Source: Acidobacteriaceae bacterium (GTDB taxonomy: Bacteria; Acidobacteriota; Terriglobia; Terriglobales; Acidobacteriaceae). From it: 64,000 bases of DNA. The translations under genes were made by a program, and so were the position numbers. Shown here piece after piece: positions 33,773-43,624 of this stretch (the stretch's first letter is position 1; the number at the start of each line of letters is the position of its first letter). Under the pieces are notes generated by a model. The model was not told the DNA's origin, searched no databases, and saw only the letters and a list, made by a program, of their open reading frames with translations. The stretch lies in contig JANXYB010000114.1 in the NCBI GenBank assembly GCA_025350325.1, forward strand, positions 8,438-72,437, in the 5' to 3' direction.

Positions 33773-36661
33773 CTATCGTGCGTGCGTAGAAGCCGTATGG
33801 CCCGCACTTAGAAGATTAGCGAGCAAGCGATAAGACCCCGGCACCAATTCAGGTAACTGGCGATAGAGCGCATAAGCAATGTAGATATAGGTGCCTTTAT
33901 CGAGATGCGCGACAATCAGGCCGCCGCGTTGGGGGTCCTGACCTGGGTCCCCGGTCTCGGTGAGGGCCGTATATCGCGGGTCCCAAGTGTCGAGGAAGGA
34001 GTGGCCGCGTTCTTCAACCCACCCATCAAAGTCGGCTGAGGTGATGACGTTCGGTGAAGACAGCAGCGGATCTGTGGGTACCAGCAGCTTCACTGTGGAC
34101 TGCTCATCGACAACGCGCTCGGCCATGCGCCCTACGGCAACGGGGAAGGGAGCAGGGAAGGTCGCGCTCTGATACTGCACAATGAGTGTTCCACCGGCGC
34201 GCACGAATGCTTCGAGACGCGGCTGAACTTGAGCCAGTTCAGGGCGCACGGAATAGGCGCGGATGCCGATTACGATCACGTTATAAGCAGATAAATCGCT
34301 TGCTGCAAGCTCGGCGCCGGAGAGCGCATGCACTGGCACTCCGATGCCTTCGATGGCGTCGGGAACCAGATCGCCGGTGCCCATCACGTAGCCGACGCGT
34401 AATCCGGGAACAATTTTTACGTCGACTTTGCGGGTCTTCAATTCGGCGGACTTGTATTGGTTATAAGGTTGCAATCCCGTGTAACCCACGCTCTGCCAAC
34501 CGGCGTCATACGTGCGATCGCCAGCATGCACGATCGCGCGAATCGAATAGGAACCTGTCTCGACAGCGGAAGAAGTCACCGAGAAAAGAATTGGGTCGCT
34601 GTCGCCGGCACTGTCACGTTTGAAGTGAGCAATGGCAGGCTCAGAGTGCCAGCCTGCCGGGAGCTTCAGATCAACAGTTCCCGCAGCGGCAGCTTGCGAG
34701 TGAATCGTTACGTGCACCGGCAGGGCACTACCGTCGAGGGGCAGAATCTGCGTGCTGGGATCAACGCTGACACCAATCGCGGGCGTTACGACGAGCGGTT
34801 GATAGACACCGCCGGGACCGGTTATGCGCTCAAGGCTCTGCACTACTCGTCCCAAACGAATGGGGACGCCGTCGAAAGTGAAGCTCGCCCAGGCAGACAG
34901 TGGATAGGGAGCGAATGATCTCTCACGCCACTCAGTCGGGGCGACATCGTAATAGGGCTGTTCAATCGAAGGGCGTGTAAAAAAGGGCTGGGTTGGCTGT
35001 GCGTTGGCGGCAGCGTGCACGGTGAAGAGCGGATCGGCAATGGGAGCCGCGGGATCAATAGCACCGGATAGAAGTTCGCTCTTCCACTGATCGCCGCTGC
35101 GGCTCTCAAGCCAGACTTTGTCGAGGCGGGTTGCAGTAGTCGCTTGCGCTGCGTGCACGTGCACGCGCAACTCTTCGCCGGGCGTGACATTGCGCGATGC
35201 TTCGTCGGCCGATGCGCCGCGAAACCCCGCTGCCTGCGCGTGTGCGTCATTGGTGCGAAAGGCTACAAGATCGAGGCCAAGCAAGTCACTGAGTGCAGAC
35301 TGAAATTGAGCGATCTTGGCATCCAGTTCAAGCAGAAGATCCGCTTTGGACTTTGCCTCGACATTGCTTGCCTCGACCTTGCCACGCAGGGCCAGTGTCT
35401 CGCGATAAATTGGCACGAGCTTATGCGCCGAATCTATTCCTTGATCGCAGGGGCATTTACTTGTGAATTGCTTGAGGTCTGCGTCGATTTTCTGCAAACC
35501 TTGTGCGAGCCACTCAGGTGCATCTCCACTGTCGACGCGCGCAAGCCCGGCAATAGTCGTGTCGATGTAAACGCGACTGTTTTGAAAGAGGTCGGAGTCT
35601 CCAGATCTGTTCGTGAGCGGGTTTGCGGGGCTTGAACTTGACTGTGCTGAGGGCATTACCGCCCACAGATGATAGCTGGCTGCGGCAGGTCCGCTAAGCG
35701 ATGGATTGGCGCCGCCGTTTTGCGACTTTTGTTCACCCCAGCCTTGACGCGCAATCTGTGCATAGCTGCGGCCCAACCAGGGGTCAAGCGTGCCAACGGG
35801 AACCTTAACATCGGTGGAGGGTATGCCCAGGATATATTCGCCGGTCACGTAGTTGCGAAATTTTGCGGGAGCCCATTTTCCGGTTGCGTAATCGAACATG
35901 CCCTTGTCAGTAACGGGCGCAAACGGAACCATGGAGTAGACGGCAAGGGGTTGCCAGGGCTGGACGCCGGGGTTGCCGTTTCTGTCGGGCTGCAGTTGCT
36001 CTGGGAAAACATTCGGGTCAGGTGCAGCCTTGAATACTTCCTGCGCGATCTCTCCGGACACCTGGTGATGACCGTGGCCATCGGTGATGCCGCCGACAAA
36101 AGTGGAGACGATAATCTGCGGCCGCTCGCGTCGCACCGCTAGAACAGCATCGAAGAGCACGCGGTCGTGTCCCCATTTTGCGAAGGCTTCTTCCTGAGTC
36201 TTCGAGAAGCCGAAGTCAGCTTCTGTTCCCCACAACTGCTTTGTGCCATAAAATTCGCCCGCCCGCAGCAATTCGTTGGTACGTATGATGCCGAGCGCGT
36301 CGTAGCTTTCAACGGACATGGCGTTCTGGCCGCCCTCGCCTCGGGTCAAGGTAAGCAGGGTGGTACGCACCCCGTGGCCGCGCGATAGGTAGGTCAGCAG
36401 CGCACCATCTTCGTCGTCGGGATGGGCGACGATCATCATCAGGCTGGCTGTCGTGCTCAGACGTTTGAGTGTCTGCTCAAGGCCTGCTTGGCCACGGTCC
36501 TCGGGAAGGGGCAGCGCAGCAACGCTCGGTTCAGTAGCCGGCAGCGGTGCAGGTGCGTCGGCTTGTTGAGCGCAAAGAAAATGAGGACTCGCACTTGCAA
36601 AAACAAGTCCTGCGAAGGCGACTAAGACAGATGCGCGAAAAACTCTTTCATGAAAGGACAT
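33773..36661 (-). CDS. Large secreted PIG-L/LmbE-family deacetylase with NEW3-like and C-terminal GATase-like domains
   Basis: Start reset to MSFHERVF (36661); signal peptide; MIVAHPDDEDG, LTRGEGGQN, DFGFSK, DGHGHHQ; C-terminal LRVGYVMGTGD...WVEERG...AGSYRLLANLLS. Confidence 0.88.
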   Translation of the reverse strand: MSFHERVFRASVLVAFAGLVFASASPHFLCAQQADAPAPLPATEPSVAALPLPEDRGQAGLEQTLKRLSTTASLMMIVAHPDDEDGALLTYLSRGHGVRTTLLTLTRGEGGQNAMSVESYDALGIIRTNELLRAGEFYGTKQLWGTEADFGFSKTQEEAFAKWGHDRVLFDAVLAVRRERPQIIVSTFVGGITDGHGHHQVSGEIAQEVFKAAPDPNVFPEQLQPDRNGNPGVQPWQPLAVYSMVPFAPVTDKGMFDYATGKWAPAKFRNYVTGEYILGIPSTDVKVPVGTLDPWLGRSYAQIARQGWGEQKSQNGGANPSLSGPAAASYHLWAVMPSAQSSSSPANPLTNRSGDSDLFQNSRVYIDTTIAGLARVDSGDAPEWLAQGLQKIDADLKQFTSKCPCDQGIDSAHKLVPIYRETLALRGKVEASNVEAKSKADLLLELDAKIAQFQSALSDLLGLDLVAFRTNDAHAQAAGFRGASADEASRNVTPGEELRVHVHAAQATTATRLDKVWLESRSGDQWKSELLSGAIDPAAPIADPLFTVHAAANAQPTQPFFTRPSIEQPYYDVAPTEWRERSFAPYPLSAWASFTFDGVPIRLGRVVQSLERITGPGGVYQPLVVTPAIGVSVDPSTQILPLDGSALPVHVTIHSQAAAAGTVDLKLPAGWHSEPAIAHFKRDSAGDSDPILFSVTSSAVETGSYSIRAIVHAGDRTYDAGWQSVGYTGLQPYNQYKSAELKTRKVDVKIVPGLRVGYVMGTGDLVPDAIEGIGVPVHALSGAELAASDLSAYNVIVIGIRAYSVRPELAQVQPRLEAFVRAGGTLIVQYQSATFPAPFPVAVGRMAERVVDEQSTVKLLVPTDPLLSSPNVITSADFDGWVEERGHSFLDTWDPRYTALTETGDPGQDPQRGGLIVAHLDKGTYIYIAYALYRQLPELVPGSYRLLANLLSAGHTASTHAR

Positions 36662-36702
36662 ACTTATCGTCAGTGTACAATCCGTGAAGCATTGCGGCTT
36701 GA

Positions 36703-38214
36703 ATGATCCCTCAGACCCCCACCGACGACAACGCGACCTCGATTCAACCTGCACTGAGCGGTGGGCCGACCGGTAATTCCAAATCAGGTAATTCCCAATC
36801 TTCCGAATCTTCCCAATCACTGGAGCGGCGCATCGGCTTGCGCTCCGCAGTGCTGTTTAACATGCTCGAGATGATTGGGGTTGGTCCATTCATCACGCTG
36901 CCGCTGGTGATTGCGGCCGCGGGCTACAAGCTCTCGGTGTGGGCCTGGCTGCTGGGTGCAACGATCGCGGTGGCCGACGGGCTGGTGTGGGCTGAGCTGG
37001 GTGCGGCCTTTCCGCGTGCCGGCGGTTCATACGCATTCCTCCGCGAGATATACGGTCCGAGGGGCGCAGGGAACTGGTTGAGCTTTCTCTATGTGTGGCA
37101 ATTGAGCTTTTCTGCGCCGCTATCGATTGCCTCGGGATGTATCGGACTATCGAGCTTTCTGGCTTGGTTTTGGCCTAGCCTCGAGAATGCTCCCATTGCC
37201 GCGTTACCTGCGTTGCACTATGCGAATTTTGCCGCGGCGGCCGCCTGCTTGCTGGTAACGGCGCTCTTGTATCGGAACTTGAGTTCGGTGACGCGATTGG
37301 CATGGGTGCTGTTTGCAGGCGTGATGGCCGCCATGACAGGAGTAATTGTGTCGGGCTTTGCGCACGCAGCGGCGACAGGCGGCTGGCACATGCCAGCTTC
37401 GCCCGCGCAGTCGGCAATGATTGCGATTGGCGGGCTTGCGCAGGCTACGCTGATCACGACCTATGACTATTGGGGCTACTACAACATCACGTTTCTGGGT
37501 AGCGAGGTCAAGCGGCCGGAGAAGACGATTCCGCGGTCGATTCTTTTGTCGGTGCTGTTTGTGTCGGCGCTCTACGTAACGATGAACCTGGCTTCACTGC
37601 CGTCGCTGCGCAATGCTGCTTCGCACACGGCTGAGAGTGCTCTGCTGCGCGCTCAACTGGTGGCGGAAATTGCGCAATCGGCTTTTGGCAAGTGGGCTGG
37701 ATACACGGTGGCGGCGCTGGTCGTGTGGACGGCGTTTGCGTCTGTGTTTTCGCTTCTGCTGGGCTACTCGCGCGTGCCGTATGCGGCTGCGCGCGATGGA
37801 AATTATTTTCGCGTGCTGGCGGCCATCCATCCCAAGCATGGGATTCCGCACCGATCGCTGGTGGCGCTGGGGCTGGTCGCTGCGGCGTTTTGCTTTTTCT
37901 CTCTTCAGCAGGTGATCACGATGCTGGTCATCACGCGAATCCTGCTTCAGTTCTTTCTACAGCAGGTGGGCGTGATGGTGTTGCGGGTGCAGCGGCCGCA
38001 ATTGGAGCGCCCGTTTCGGATTCCGCTCTATCCGCTGCCGCCGTTGGTGGCGATCGCAGGGTTTGTCTTTATCCTCGTGAACCGCAGCGACGCGCTGGGC
38101 GGCCTAGCGGTGGCGGCGGGGATTGCATGCAGCGGAACGGTGATTTATCTCGTTCGGGCTAAAAGGCTGGGGCAGTGGCCGTTCGAACTTCCCGCTCCTC
38201 TGCGGCCCGAGTAG
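36703..38214 (+). CDS. APC-family amino acid permease
   Basis: MIGVGPF, WAELGAAFPRAGGSYAFLREIYG, DYWGYYN..GSEVKRPEKTIPRSI, HPKHGIP, RPFRIPLYP; about 12 TM helices. Confidence 0.92.
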   Translation: MIPQTPTDDNATSIQPALSGGPTGNSKSGNSQSSESSQSLERRIGLRSAVLFNMLEMIGVGPFITLPLVIAAAGYKLSVWAWLLGATIAVADGLVWAELGAAFPRAGGSYAFLREIYGPRGAGNWLSFLYVWQLSFSAPLSIASGCIGLSSFLAWFWPSLENAPIAALPALHYANFAAAAACLLVTALLYRNLSSVTRLAWVLFAGVMAAMTGVIVSGFAHAAATGGWHMPASPAQSAMIAIGGLAQATLITTYDYWGYYNITFLGSEVKRPEKTIPRSILLSVLFVSALYVTMNLASLPSLRNAASHTAESALLRAQLVAEIAQSAFGKWAGYTVAALVVWTAFASVFSLLLGYSRVPYAAARDGNYFRVLAAIHPKHGIPHRSLVALGLVAAAFCFFSLQQVITMLVITRILLQFFLQQVGVMVLRVQRPQLERPFRIPLYPLPPLVAIAGFVFILVNRSDALGGLAVAAGIACSGTVIYLVRAKRLGQWPFELPAPLRPE

Positions 38215-38414
38215 CCCCAGAATCCTGAATGACTGTCGCGACGACACGGTTGAGATGTCTTCTGCGGCATAGTCACATTGGGCAGAAAACAAGCCAATAT
38301 GGGCCAGTTCGACACAAGAGCACAAAAAAGCTACTTCTAGCCTCAGACGCAACCCGCGCATCGGGCCGCGCTTTCAGATGCTGGCTGTCCGGCTAAAACA
38401 TCCATGGCAAATCA

Positions 38415-39419
38415 CTACTTCGAAGAAAGGGCGCGCGCGATTAAACGGCCATGGAATCGCCCATTCTCGATGAAGATTTCATTGGTCCGCGCACCGGCGA
38501 CGATGACACCCGCGAGGTAGATACCGGGCACATTGCTTTCCAGAGTTTCAGGGTCGTACACCGGCGTCCTGTCCGCGCCATTGAAGCGCACCCCCAGACT
38601 TTCAAGAAAGCTGAAGTCGGGGTGATAGCCCGTCAATGCGAAGACGAAGTCGTTCTTGAGCACTTCGCGGCCTTGCGGCGTTTCCAGAGTCACCGTATCG
38701 GTGGAGATCTCGACGACTTTCGTTAGAAAATATGCCTTCACTTCGCCATTTTTAATGCGATTTTCGATGTCCGGCTTAATCCAGTACTTCACATGTGAGT
38801 GAATGCCCTCGCCGCGATGCACCAGTGTCACCCGCGCGCCGCTTCGCCACAAATCGAGCGCTGCGATTGCCGCTGAATTCTTGCCACCGATAACCACTAC
38901 ATCCATCTGGAAAAAAGGATGTGGATCGTTGTAGTAGTGATGTACTTTGCTCAGGTTTTCGCCGGGAATTCCCATGATGTTGGGCAAGTCGTAATAGCCC
39001 GTAGAGACCACAATCTTGCGCGCATGGAGCGATTCAGGACGGCTGAAACGGTCAAGGGTATGCACGGTAAAATCGCCATCGCTGCCGGTGATCTTTTCGA
39101 CCCTCTGATACTGGCGGACGTCGAGATGGTAGTAGGCTGCGACCAGTCGGTAGTACTGCAGGGCTTCGTTGCGGGTCGGCTTGGGATTGGGACTGGGGAA
39201 AGGAATGCCTCCAATCTCAAGTAGCTCCGGCGTGGTGAAGAAAGTCATGTGCGCCGGGTAGTGAAACAGGGAGTTGCAGATGCAGCCCTTATCGACCAGC
39301 GCCGCGGTCAAACCCGCCTTTTTGGCCTCGATGGCACAGGCCAGACCGGTCGGCCCAGCGCCGATTACGAGGACGTCGATGCTATTTTTCCGGTCATCGC
39401 TCGCGGTCAGGTTGTTCAC
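38415..39419 (-). CDS. ypdA: YpdA-family flavoprotein (putative bacillithiol disulfide reductase)
   Basis: GAGPTGLAC, FFTTPELLEIG, KPTRNEALQYYR, TGYYD, HYYNDPHP, GGKNSA, YWIKPDIENRI, FIENGRFHG. GTG start. Confidence 0.9.
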   Translation of the reverse strand: MNNLTASDDRKNSIDVLVIGAGPTGLACAIEAKKAGLTAALVDKGCICNSLFHYPAHMTFFTTPELLEIGGIPFPSPNPKPTRNEALQYYRLVAAYYHLDVRQYQRVEKITGSDGDFTVHTLDRFSRPESLHARKIVVSTGYYDLPNIMGIPGENLSKVHHYYNDPHPFFQMDVVVIGGKNSAAIAALDLWRSGARVTLVHRGEGIHSHVKYWIKPDIENRIKNGEVKAYFLTKVVEISTDTVTLETPQGREVLKNDFVFALTGYHPDFSFLESLGVRFNGADRTPVYDPETLESNVPGIYLAGVIVAGARTNEIFIENGRFHGRLIARALSSK

Positions 39420-39498
39420 ACTTCTTAGATTAGGTCATCTCGTTGCTTTCGACCTAGAGTGTGTGCAGACAGCAATGACGTCGTTGTAATCGTTTTGA

Positions 39499-39525
39499 TG
39501 GTAGAATGGTAGCTACCAAAGGTAG
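39499..39525 (+). promoter_or_regulatory. vapBC promoter/operator: extended -10 plus palindrome
   Basis: TGgTAGAAT (39499-39507) immediately followed by the perfect palindrome TGGTAGCTACCA (39507-39518). GGTAG occurs at 39500, 39508 and 39521. Confidence 0.6.
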
Positions 39526-39537
39526 AAAGGTATAACT

Positions 39538-39795
39538 ATGGCTCTTAGCTTGAAAAACGTTGAAACGGAACGGCTCGCAAAAGAACTCGCCCGCCGCACC
39601 GGCGAAAGCATTACCCGCGCGGTGACTGTGGCGATTAAAGAGCGTCTCGAACGTGAAGAGAAAGCCAGCAAGAAAGAAGGCCGCATGGAGTGGCTCAATG
39701 AGCTGACGAAGAGAACTGCAGCGATCATGAACGACGGGCGAACTTCGAAACAACTTATGGACGAACTCTACGACGAGACTGGCCTGCCCAAGTGA
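39538..39795 (+). CDS. vapB: VapB antitoxin (Rv0623-like ribbon-helix-helix)
   Basis: MALSLKNVETERLAKELARRTGESITRAV..ERL; C-terminal LYDETGLPK; GTGA overlap with vapC. Confidence 0.9.
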   Translation: MALSLKNVETERLAKELARRTGESITRAVTVAIKERLEREEKASKKEGRMEWLNELTKRTAAIMNDGRTSKQLMDELYDETGLPK

Positions 39796-40193
39796 CGGTT
39801 GACACTTCAGTCCTGATAGCGATTCTCAAACGCGAACCTGGTTGGGAATCATTCGCAGACGCTTTGAATACCGCTAGCTTAGCGCACATTACCGCTGCCA
39901 ATTATCTTGAGGCCGGCATCGTGGTCGACCAGTGGAAAAACCCAGAGTTGAGTCGGCGGCTTGACGAGTTAATCGAGGAGTTCAACATCACCATCGAGCC
40001 TTTTACCCTCGAACAAGCCCGCATAGCCCGCCAAGCCTATCGGGATTACGGCCGTGGCAGTGGCCACCCCGCCAATTTAAACTTTGGCGACTGCTTCAGC
40101 TACTCTCTCGCCCGCGACAAACGTGAATCGATCCTCTACAAGGGCGACGACTTCATCCATACCGATCTGCGCGCAGCGGTCAACGAGCAATAG
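39792..40193 (+). CDS. vapC: VapC PIN-domain toxin
   Basis: VDTSVLIAIL, NYLEAGIV, GSGHPANLNFGDCFSY, LYKGDDF..TD. Confidence 0.93.
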   Translation: MTVDTSVLIAILKREPGWESFADALNTASLAHITAANYLEAGIVVDQWKNPELSRRLDELIEEFNITIEPFTLEQARIARQAYRDYGRGSGHPANLNFGDCFSYSLARDKRESILYKGDDFIHTDLRAAVNEQ

Positions 40194-40311
40194 CCTGCCC
40201 ACTCTTCTGGACTTCTGGTCATCCAAGCCTCGTGACTAGAACCGACGCTGTTTATTGATGACCCGGCGACGCGTTCGGGGCTCCCAGAACTTTGCATTGC
40301 ATGAGGTTCCC

Positions 40312-40773
40312 ATGACTATCCTGTGCACATTAATACTCGGTTTTGTTGCTGGATTGCGCTCCATGCTGGCCCCCGCCGCCGTCAGTTGGGCCGTCTGGCT
40401 GGGCATTCTCAATGTCGATCAAACACCCCTTGGCTTCATGGGCTACCGTTACACTCACATCATTTTGACAGTGCTCGTGCTCGGCGAACTCATCGCGGAT
40501 AAGCTGCCGTTTACGCCTAGCCGCAAATCGCCGCCTGCTTTCATCGCGCGCATCCTGAGCGGGGGCCTTACCGGCGCCACTATTGGGGCCTCCCTGCACT
40601 TGATCCCACTGCTCCTGATCCTCGGCGCGGTTGGTGCGGTCGCTGGCACGCTTGGTGGAGCATTTGTGCGCGCCAAGCTTGCAGCCGTCTTTCGCCATGA
40701 TCTTCCCGCAGCGGTTCTTGAGGATATATTCGCCGTCCTTTTCGCAGTTCTCTCCGTGCGTGGACTCAAATGA
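40312..40773 (+). CDS. DUF4126-like membrane protein
   Basis: GFVAGLRSM, GELIADKLP.TPSR, PAAVLEDIFA; hydrophobic helices; start reset to ATG 40312. Confidence 0.75.
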   Translation: MTILCTLILGFVAGLRSMLAPAAVSWAVWLGILNVDQTPLGFMGYRYTHIILTVLVLGELIADKLPFTPSRKSPPAFIARILSGGLTGATIGASLHLIPLLLILGAVGAVAGTLGGAFVRAKLAAVFRHDLPAAVLEDIFAVLFAVLSVRGLK

Positions 40774-40998
40774 TCGATAAAGCAGTTGGGATTTTCACGG
40801 ACTCCAATCGGTGACCGCCTCGAATTCGATGCTGCCAGCCCTCCTGCACATCCGTTACCTTAAGAGCAGTTTCGGAATACACGTAGACTTTTTGCGATTG
40901 GTGAGGGGTGTCTTTTTCTTGATAAAAGCCACTTAAGCGCGTGCTTTCGTCAAACACCAAAACCGAAACGGCTGTAGAGTGTTCGAGGAGTGCATTTC

Positions 40999-42525
40999 AT
41001 GACCGTCATTCGCCAGGAAGATTTCATCCGCAGCGTTGCGGGCGCACTGCAATACATCAGCTATTACCACCCGGTCGACTACATCACCAGCCTCACCAAG
41101 GCCTATGAACGCGAGCAGTCGCATGCGGCTAAAGATGCGATGGCGCAAATCCTCATCAACAGCCGGATGTGTGCTGAAGGTCATCGCCCCATCTGCCAGG
41201 ACACCGGCATCGTCAATGTTTTTGTAAAAGTCGGCATGGATGTACATTTTGAGTGTTCGCCGGGAGCGCAGCCCCTCGACCTGCAGGAGATGAGCGACGA
41301 GGGCGTACGCCGGGCCTACCTCGATCCCGACAACAAACTCCGCGCCTCGCTGCTCGCGGACCCCGCCGGAGCGCGCAAAAACACCAAGGACAATACTCCT
41401 GCAGTCGTAAACGTTGAATTGGTCAAGGGCTCGACCGTAGAAATCACCGTCGCCGCTAAAGGGGGCGGATCAGAAGCCAAATCGAAATTCGTGATGCTCA
41501 ATCCCTCCGACTCGGTCGTCGAATGGGTCCTCAAAACGGTGCCCACAATGGGCGCTGGATGGTGCCCGCCCGGCATGCTTGGCATCGGTATCGGCGGCAC
41601 GGCAGAGAAAGCGATGCTTCTGGCTAAGCAGGCTCTGATGGATCCAATCGACATCCAGGACCTCATTGAGCGTGGCCCCAAGACGACCGCTGAAAAGCTC
41701 CGCGTCGAGCTGTACGACAAGGTCAACCGGCTCGGCATCGGTGCGCAGGGTCTGGGGGGACTGACGACGGTGCTCGACGTGAAAGTGCTAGACACACCTG
41801 CGCACGCGGCCAATTTGCCTGTCGCCATGATCCCCAACTGTGCAGCCACGCGCCACGCGCACGTTGTGCTCAATGGTTCCGGGCCAGTGTTCCTAGACCC
41901 GCCCGATCTCAAGGACTGGCCGGAACTCGTTCATGACGTCTCGCGAGCCAAGCGTGTGAATCTTGACACGGTCACCCGGACCGAAGCAGCCACATGGTTG
42001 CCAGGTGAAGTGCTGCTGCTCTCAGGCAAGCTGCTCACCGGCCGCGACGCCGCCCACAAGCGCATGACCGACATGCTCAGCCGCGGTGAAAAACTTCCCG
42101 TCGACTTCCGTGATCGATTCATCTACTACGTCGGCCCCGTCGACCCGGTTCGCGAAGAGGTCATCGGCCCGGCTGGCCCTACGACCGCCACGCGCATGGA
42201 CAAGTTCACCCGTCAGATGCTCGCCGAAACCGGCCTGCTCGGCATGGTGGGCAAGGCCGAACGCGGCCCGGTCGCCATCGAAGCGATCAAGGAATTCGGT
42301 GCGGTCTACCTGATGGCCGTCGGTGGCGCTGCCTACCTCGTTTCAAAGGCGATCATCGCCGCGCGACCGTTGGCCTTTGAAGATCTCGGCATGGAAGGCA
42401 TCTATGAATTCGAAGTCAAAGACATGCCAGTCACGGTAGCCGTGGATACGGAGGGCACCAGCGTACACCAGACCGGGCCCGCCGAATGGCAACAGCGCAT
42501 CGCAGGGATTCCGATCCTGCAGTGA
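40999..42525 (+). CDS. fumA: Fumarate hydratase class I (Fe-S)
   Basis: RPICQDTG, AKGGGSE, GAGWCPPG, GLGGLTT, PNCAATRH, LTGRDAAHKR, AGPTTATRMD. GAGGAG RBS before ATG 40999. Confidence 0.95.
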   Translation: MTVIRQEDFIRSVAGALQYISYYHPVDYITSLTKAYEREQSHAAKDAMAQILINSRMCAEGHRPICQDTGIVNVFVKVGMDVHFECSPGAQPLDLQEMSDEGVRRAYLDPDNKLRASLLADPAGARKNTKDNTPAVVNVELVKGSTVEITVAAKGGGSEAKSKFVMLNPSDSVVEWVLKTVPTMGAGWCPPGMLGIGIGGTAEKAMLLAKQALMDPIDIQDLIERGPKTTAEKLRVELYDKVNRLGIGAQGLGGLTTVLDVKVLDTPAHAANLPVAMIPNCAATRHAHVVLNGSGPVFLDPPDLKDWPELVHDVSRAKRVNLDTVTRTEAATWLPGEVLLLSGKLLTGRDAAHKRMTDMLSRGEKLPVDFRDRFIYYVGPVDPVREEVIGPAGPTTATRMDKFTRQMLAETGLLGMVGKAERGPVAIEAIKEFGAVYLMAVGGAAYLVSKAIIAARPLAFEDLGMEGIYEFEVKDMPVTVAVDTEGTSVHQTGPAEWQQRIAGIPILQ

Positions 42526-42544
42526 AATTTGCTTCTTTCACCCA

Positions 42545-42598
42545 AAGCGATGCCCTCTATCGGACGAAAAAATCGTCGAGGTAGAAGGCATCGTGCTT
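42545..42598. terminator. Long hairpin between convergent fumA and beta-barrel genes
   Basis: GATGCCCTCTA/TAGAAGGCATC outer stem and GACGA/TCGTC inner stem with an A-rich loop. Confidence 0.55.
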
Positions 42599-42645
42599 AT
42601 ACGCTAATCCGGCGTCACTAAGGCCTAGAAGTGGTGGCTACGTCA

Positions 42646-43407
42646 TCACTTTCCGAGTCGATAGACGAAGCCATACGTGAATCCGTAGTCGTTCTGCATC
42701 TTCGACCCAAATCCCGTGCTGAAGTATTCGGGCGCCAGGCGCAGCGAAAGATTAGCGCTGACATTGGCCTCGCCCAAAACGCCGGCACTGATGGCATAAC
42801 TCGTCGAATCGGGATAGAGCCCCAGCACTGCCGTGCCGAAACCGTTGGTGTCGCTAGAAAAATTACTGTGTGCGACGCCGCCCATGACGCGCGCTGCGAG
42901 CGAATACCTGGGTCGCATGTAGAACCGGTATGTGGGTCCGATCAATCCATCGTAGTGACTGATCGCGGGTCGCGTGACCGATGTTGAGTTGAGGCCTACA
43001 AAAGCCGTTCCATAGTAACCGCGCCCGTCGATCGTCACGCCCAGTCGATCGTTCCAGTAGCGAGTCAGCGCTACATCCCACGAATACATCGTCAAGTGTT
43101 GCAGGTTTGGCCCCGGCGTCAATCGCTGGTAACCGCCCCCAACAAACGCTTCGTAAGTATGCGAGTAGGTGTCGTGGATCGCCTGTGCACGACGCTGTTC
43201 GCGACGCGCCCGAATACGACTCTGGACGGTGACCTGCCCATTACGATTGTCGGTCGACGGGGGAGCCGGAGCCTGGGTCTGGCTTGGATTCTGGTTTGGC
43301 GGGACCACAGCCGGGTCGCTGCTTGAAGTTGGGCTTTGTGCCAGCACAGAAAGAGGGGCTGCAGAAAGAATCATGAGCAAAAAAGCAAAACGGCGAAAAG
43401 AATACAT
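42646..43407 (-). CDS. Outer-membrane beta-barrel protein (8-stranded type), hypothetical
   Basis: Signal peptide, S/P/Q-rich linker, alternating strands, C-terminal FTYGFVYRLGK. Confidence 0.7.
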   Translation of the reverse strand: MYSFRRFAFLLMILSAAPLSVLAQSPTSSSDPAVVPPNQNPSQTQAPAPPSTDNRNGQVTVQSRIRARREQRRAQAIHDTYSHTYEAFVGGGYQRLTPGPNLQHLTMYSWDVALTRYWNDRLGVTIDGRGYYGTAFVGLNSTSVTRPAISHYDGLIGPTYRFYMRPRYSLAARVMGGVAHSNFSSDTNGFGTAVLGLYPDSTSYAISAGVLGEANVSANLSLRLAPEYFSTGFGSKMQNDYGFTYGFVYRLGK

Positions 43408-43624
43408 CGGTATTGGCTTACCTCCACCACATTACGGCAGGGCACTCAGCCAGTGCAGAGTTCCCCCTTAGGTATTAAACCATCTGCAGGCGGCGCGGCG
43501 TGGGTTGACGGCCTGGCGATGCGAATCGCGTCGCATATGTTTGCCGGCGATAGAGATGAAGGCGGGTGATGCATAACCCCGGGTGATGCACTACGATAGA
43601 AAGCGTTGGAGGCAAACAGCTCAC

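Noticed and set aside
33865-33892. dif-like site (GAGCGCATAA resembles a XerC arm)
   Set aside because: It lies inside a CDS and the right half does not resemble the XerD arm TTATGTTAAAT. A second candidate near 15055-15080 has a 5-nt instead of a 6-nt centre.
33773-36661. BshB bacillithiol deacetylase (near ypdA)
   Set aside because: It has a signal peptide and is about 960 aa with extra domains; BshB is a small cytoplasmic enzyme.
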